64,000 bases of DNA. It comes from an uncultured virus (IMG/VR IMGVR_UViG_3300009993_000002). Its lineage: Duplodnaviria > Heunggongvirae > Uroviricota > Caudoviricetes. Shown piece after piece: positions 63,935-64,000 of the stretch. The notes beneath the pieces are model-generated. The model had not been told where the DNA came from, made no database searches, and was given only the letters and a program-made list of their open reading frames with translations. Each line of letters begins with the position of its first letter. The stretch's first letter is position 1. The DNA is taken from IMG/VR virus record IMGVR_UViG_3300009993_000002. One strand, given 5' to 3'. The position numbers and the translations under genes were made by a program.

Positions 63935-64000
63935 GGGGTGCCCGGCCAACAAGTAGACGCCGGTGGTTCTTTCGAACCTTCCTCGACCAACGCTCTGCCA
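63935..64000 (-). ncRNA. Putative Y RNA (YrlA-like), 3' part, truncated by the window edge
   Basis: - strand TGGCAGAGCG (tRNA D-arm-like), stem-loops, then CTTGTTGGCCGGGCACCCC; directly upstream of the Ro60 homolog. Confidence 0.65.

Noticed and set aside
63935..64000. Canonical tRNA at the window end
   Set aside because: D-arm-like and GGTTCGAA elements are present, but spacing and the 3' end do not fit a tRNA; a Y RNA fits better

Overview
64 kb of a high-GC actinobacterial (Streptomyces-like) siphophage or plasmid-prophage. No terminase, portal, capsid, integrase, ParA or TraB/FtsK gene was recognised, so these may lie outside the window. (1) 0.5-17.2 kb, + strand: head-tail connector, tail tube, tail assembly chaperone, a 1745-aa tape measure and tail-tip genes, with two glycosyltransferases inserted among the connector genes. 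(2) 17-34 kb, - strand: replication/recombination genes (RuvC-like, PolA, primase-helicase, RecT-like, Cas4-like, UvrD) plus RNA-processing enzymes and orphan antitoxin-like genes. (3) About 35-50 kb: a block resembling Streptomyces conjugative-plasmid spread regions (divergent GntR/UTRA KorA/TraR-like regulator, SpdB2-like membrane protein, other membrane proteins, SLT and NlpC/P60 hydrolases, MobC-like RHH). (4) 52.7-55.0 kb: an isolated + strand lysis cassette. (5) 55-64 kb, - strand: HD hydrolase, SF2 helicase, Ter-type ATP-grasp, and Ro60/TROVE preceded by the probable 3' part of a Y RNA. A palindrome, GGCCTAGGCC, recurs at nine sites, mostly over promoter-like sequences; its extended consensus is two substitutions from the DasR operator, suggesting a phage-wide GntR regulon. 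All calls come from reading motifs and synteny by eye; no database searches were run.
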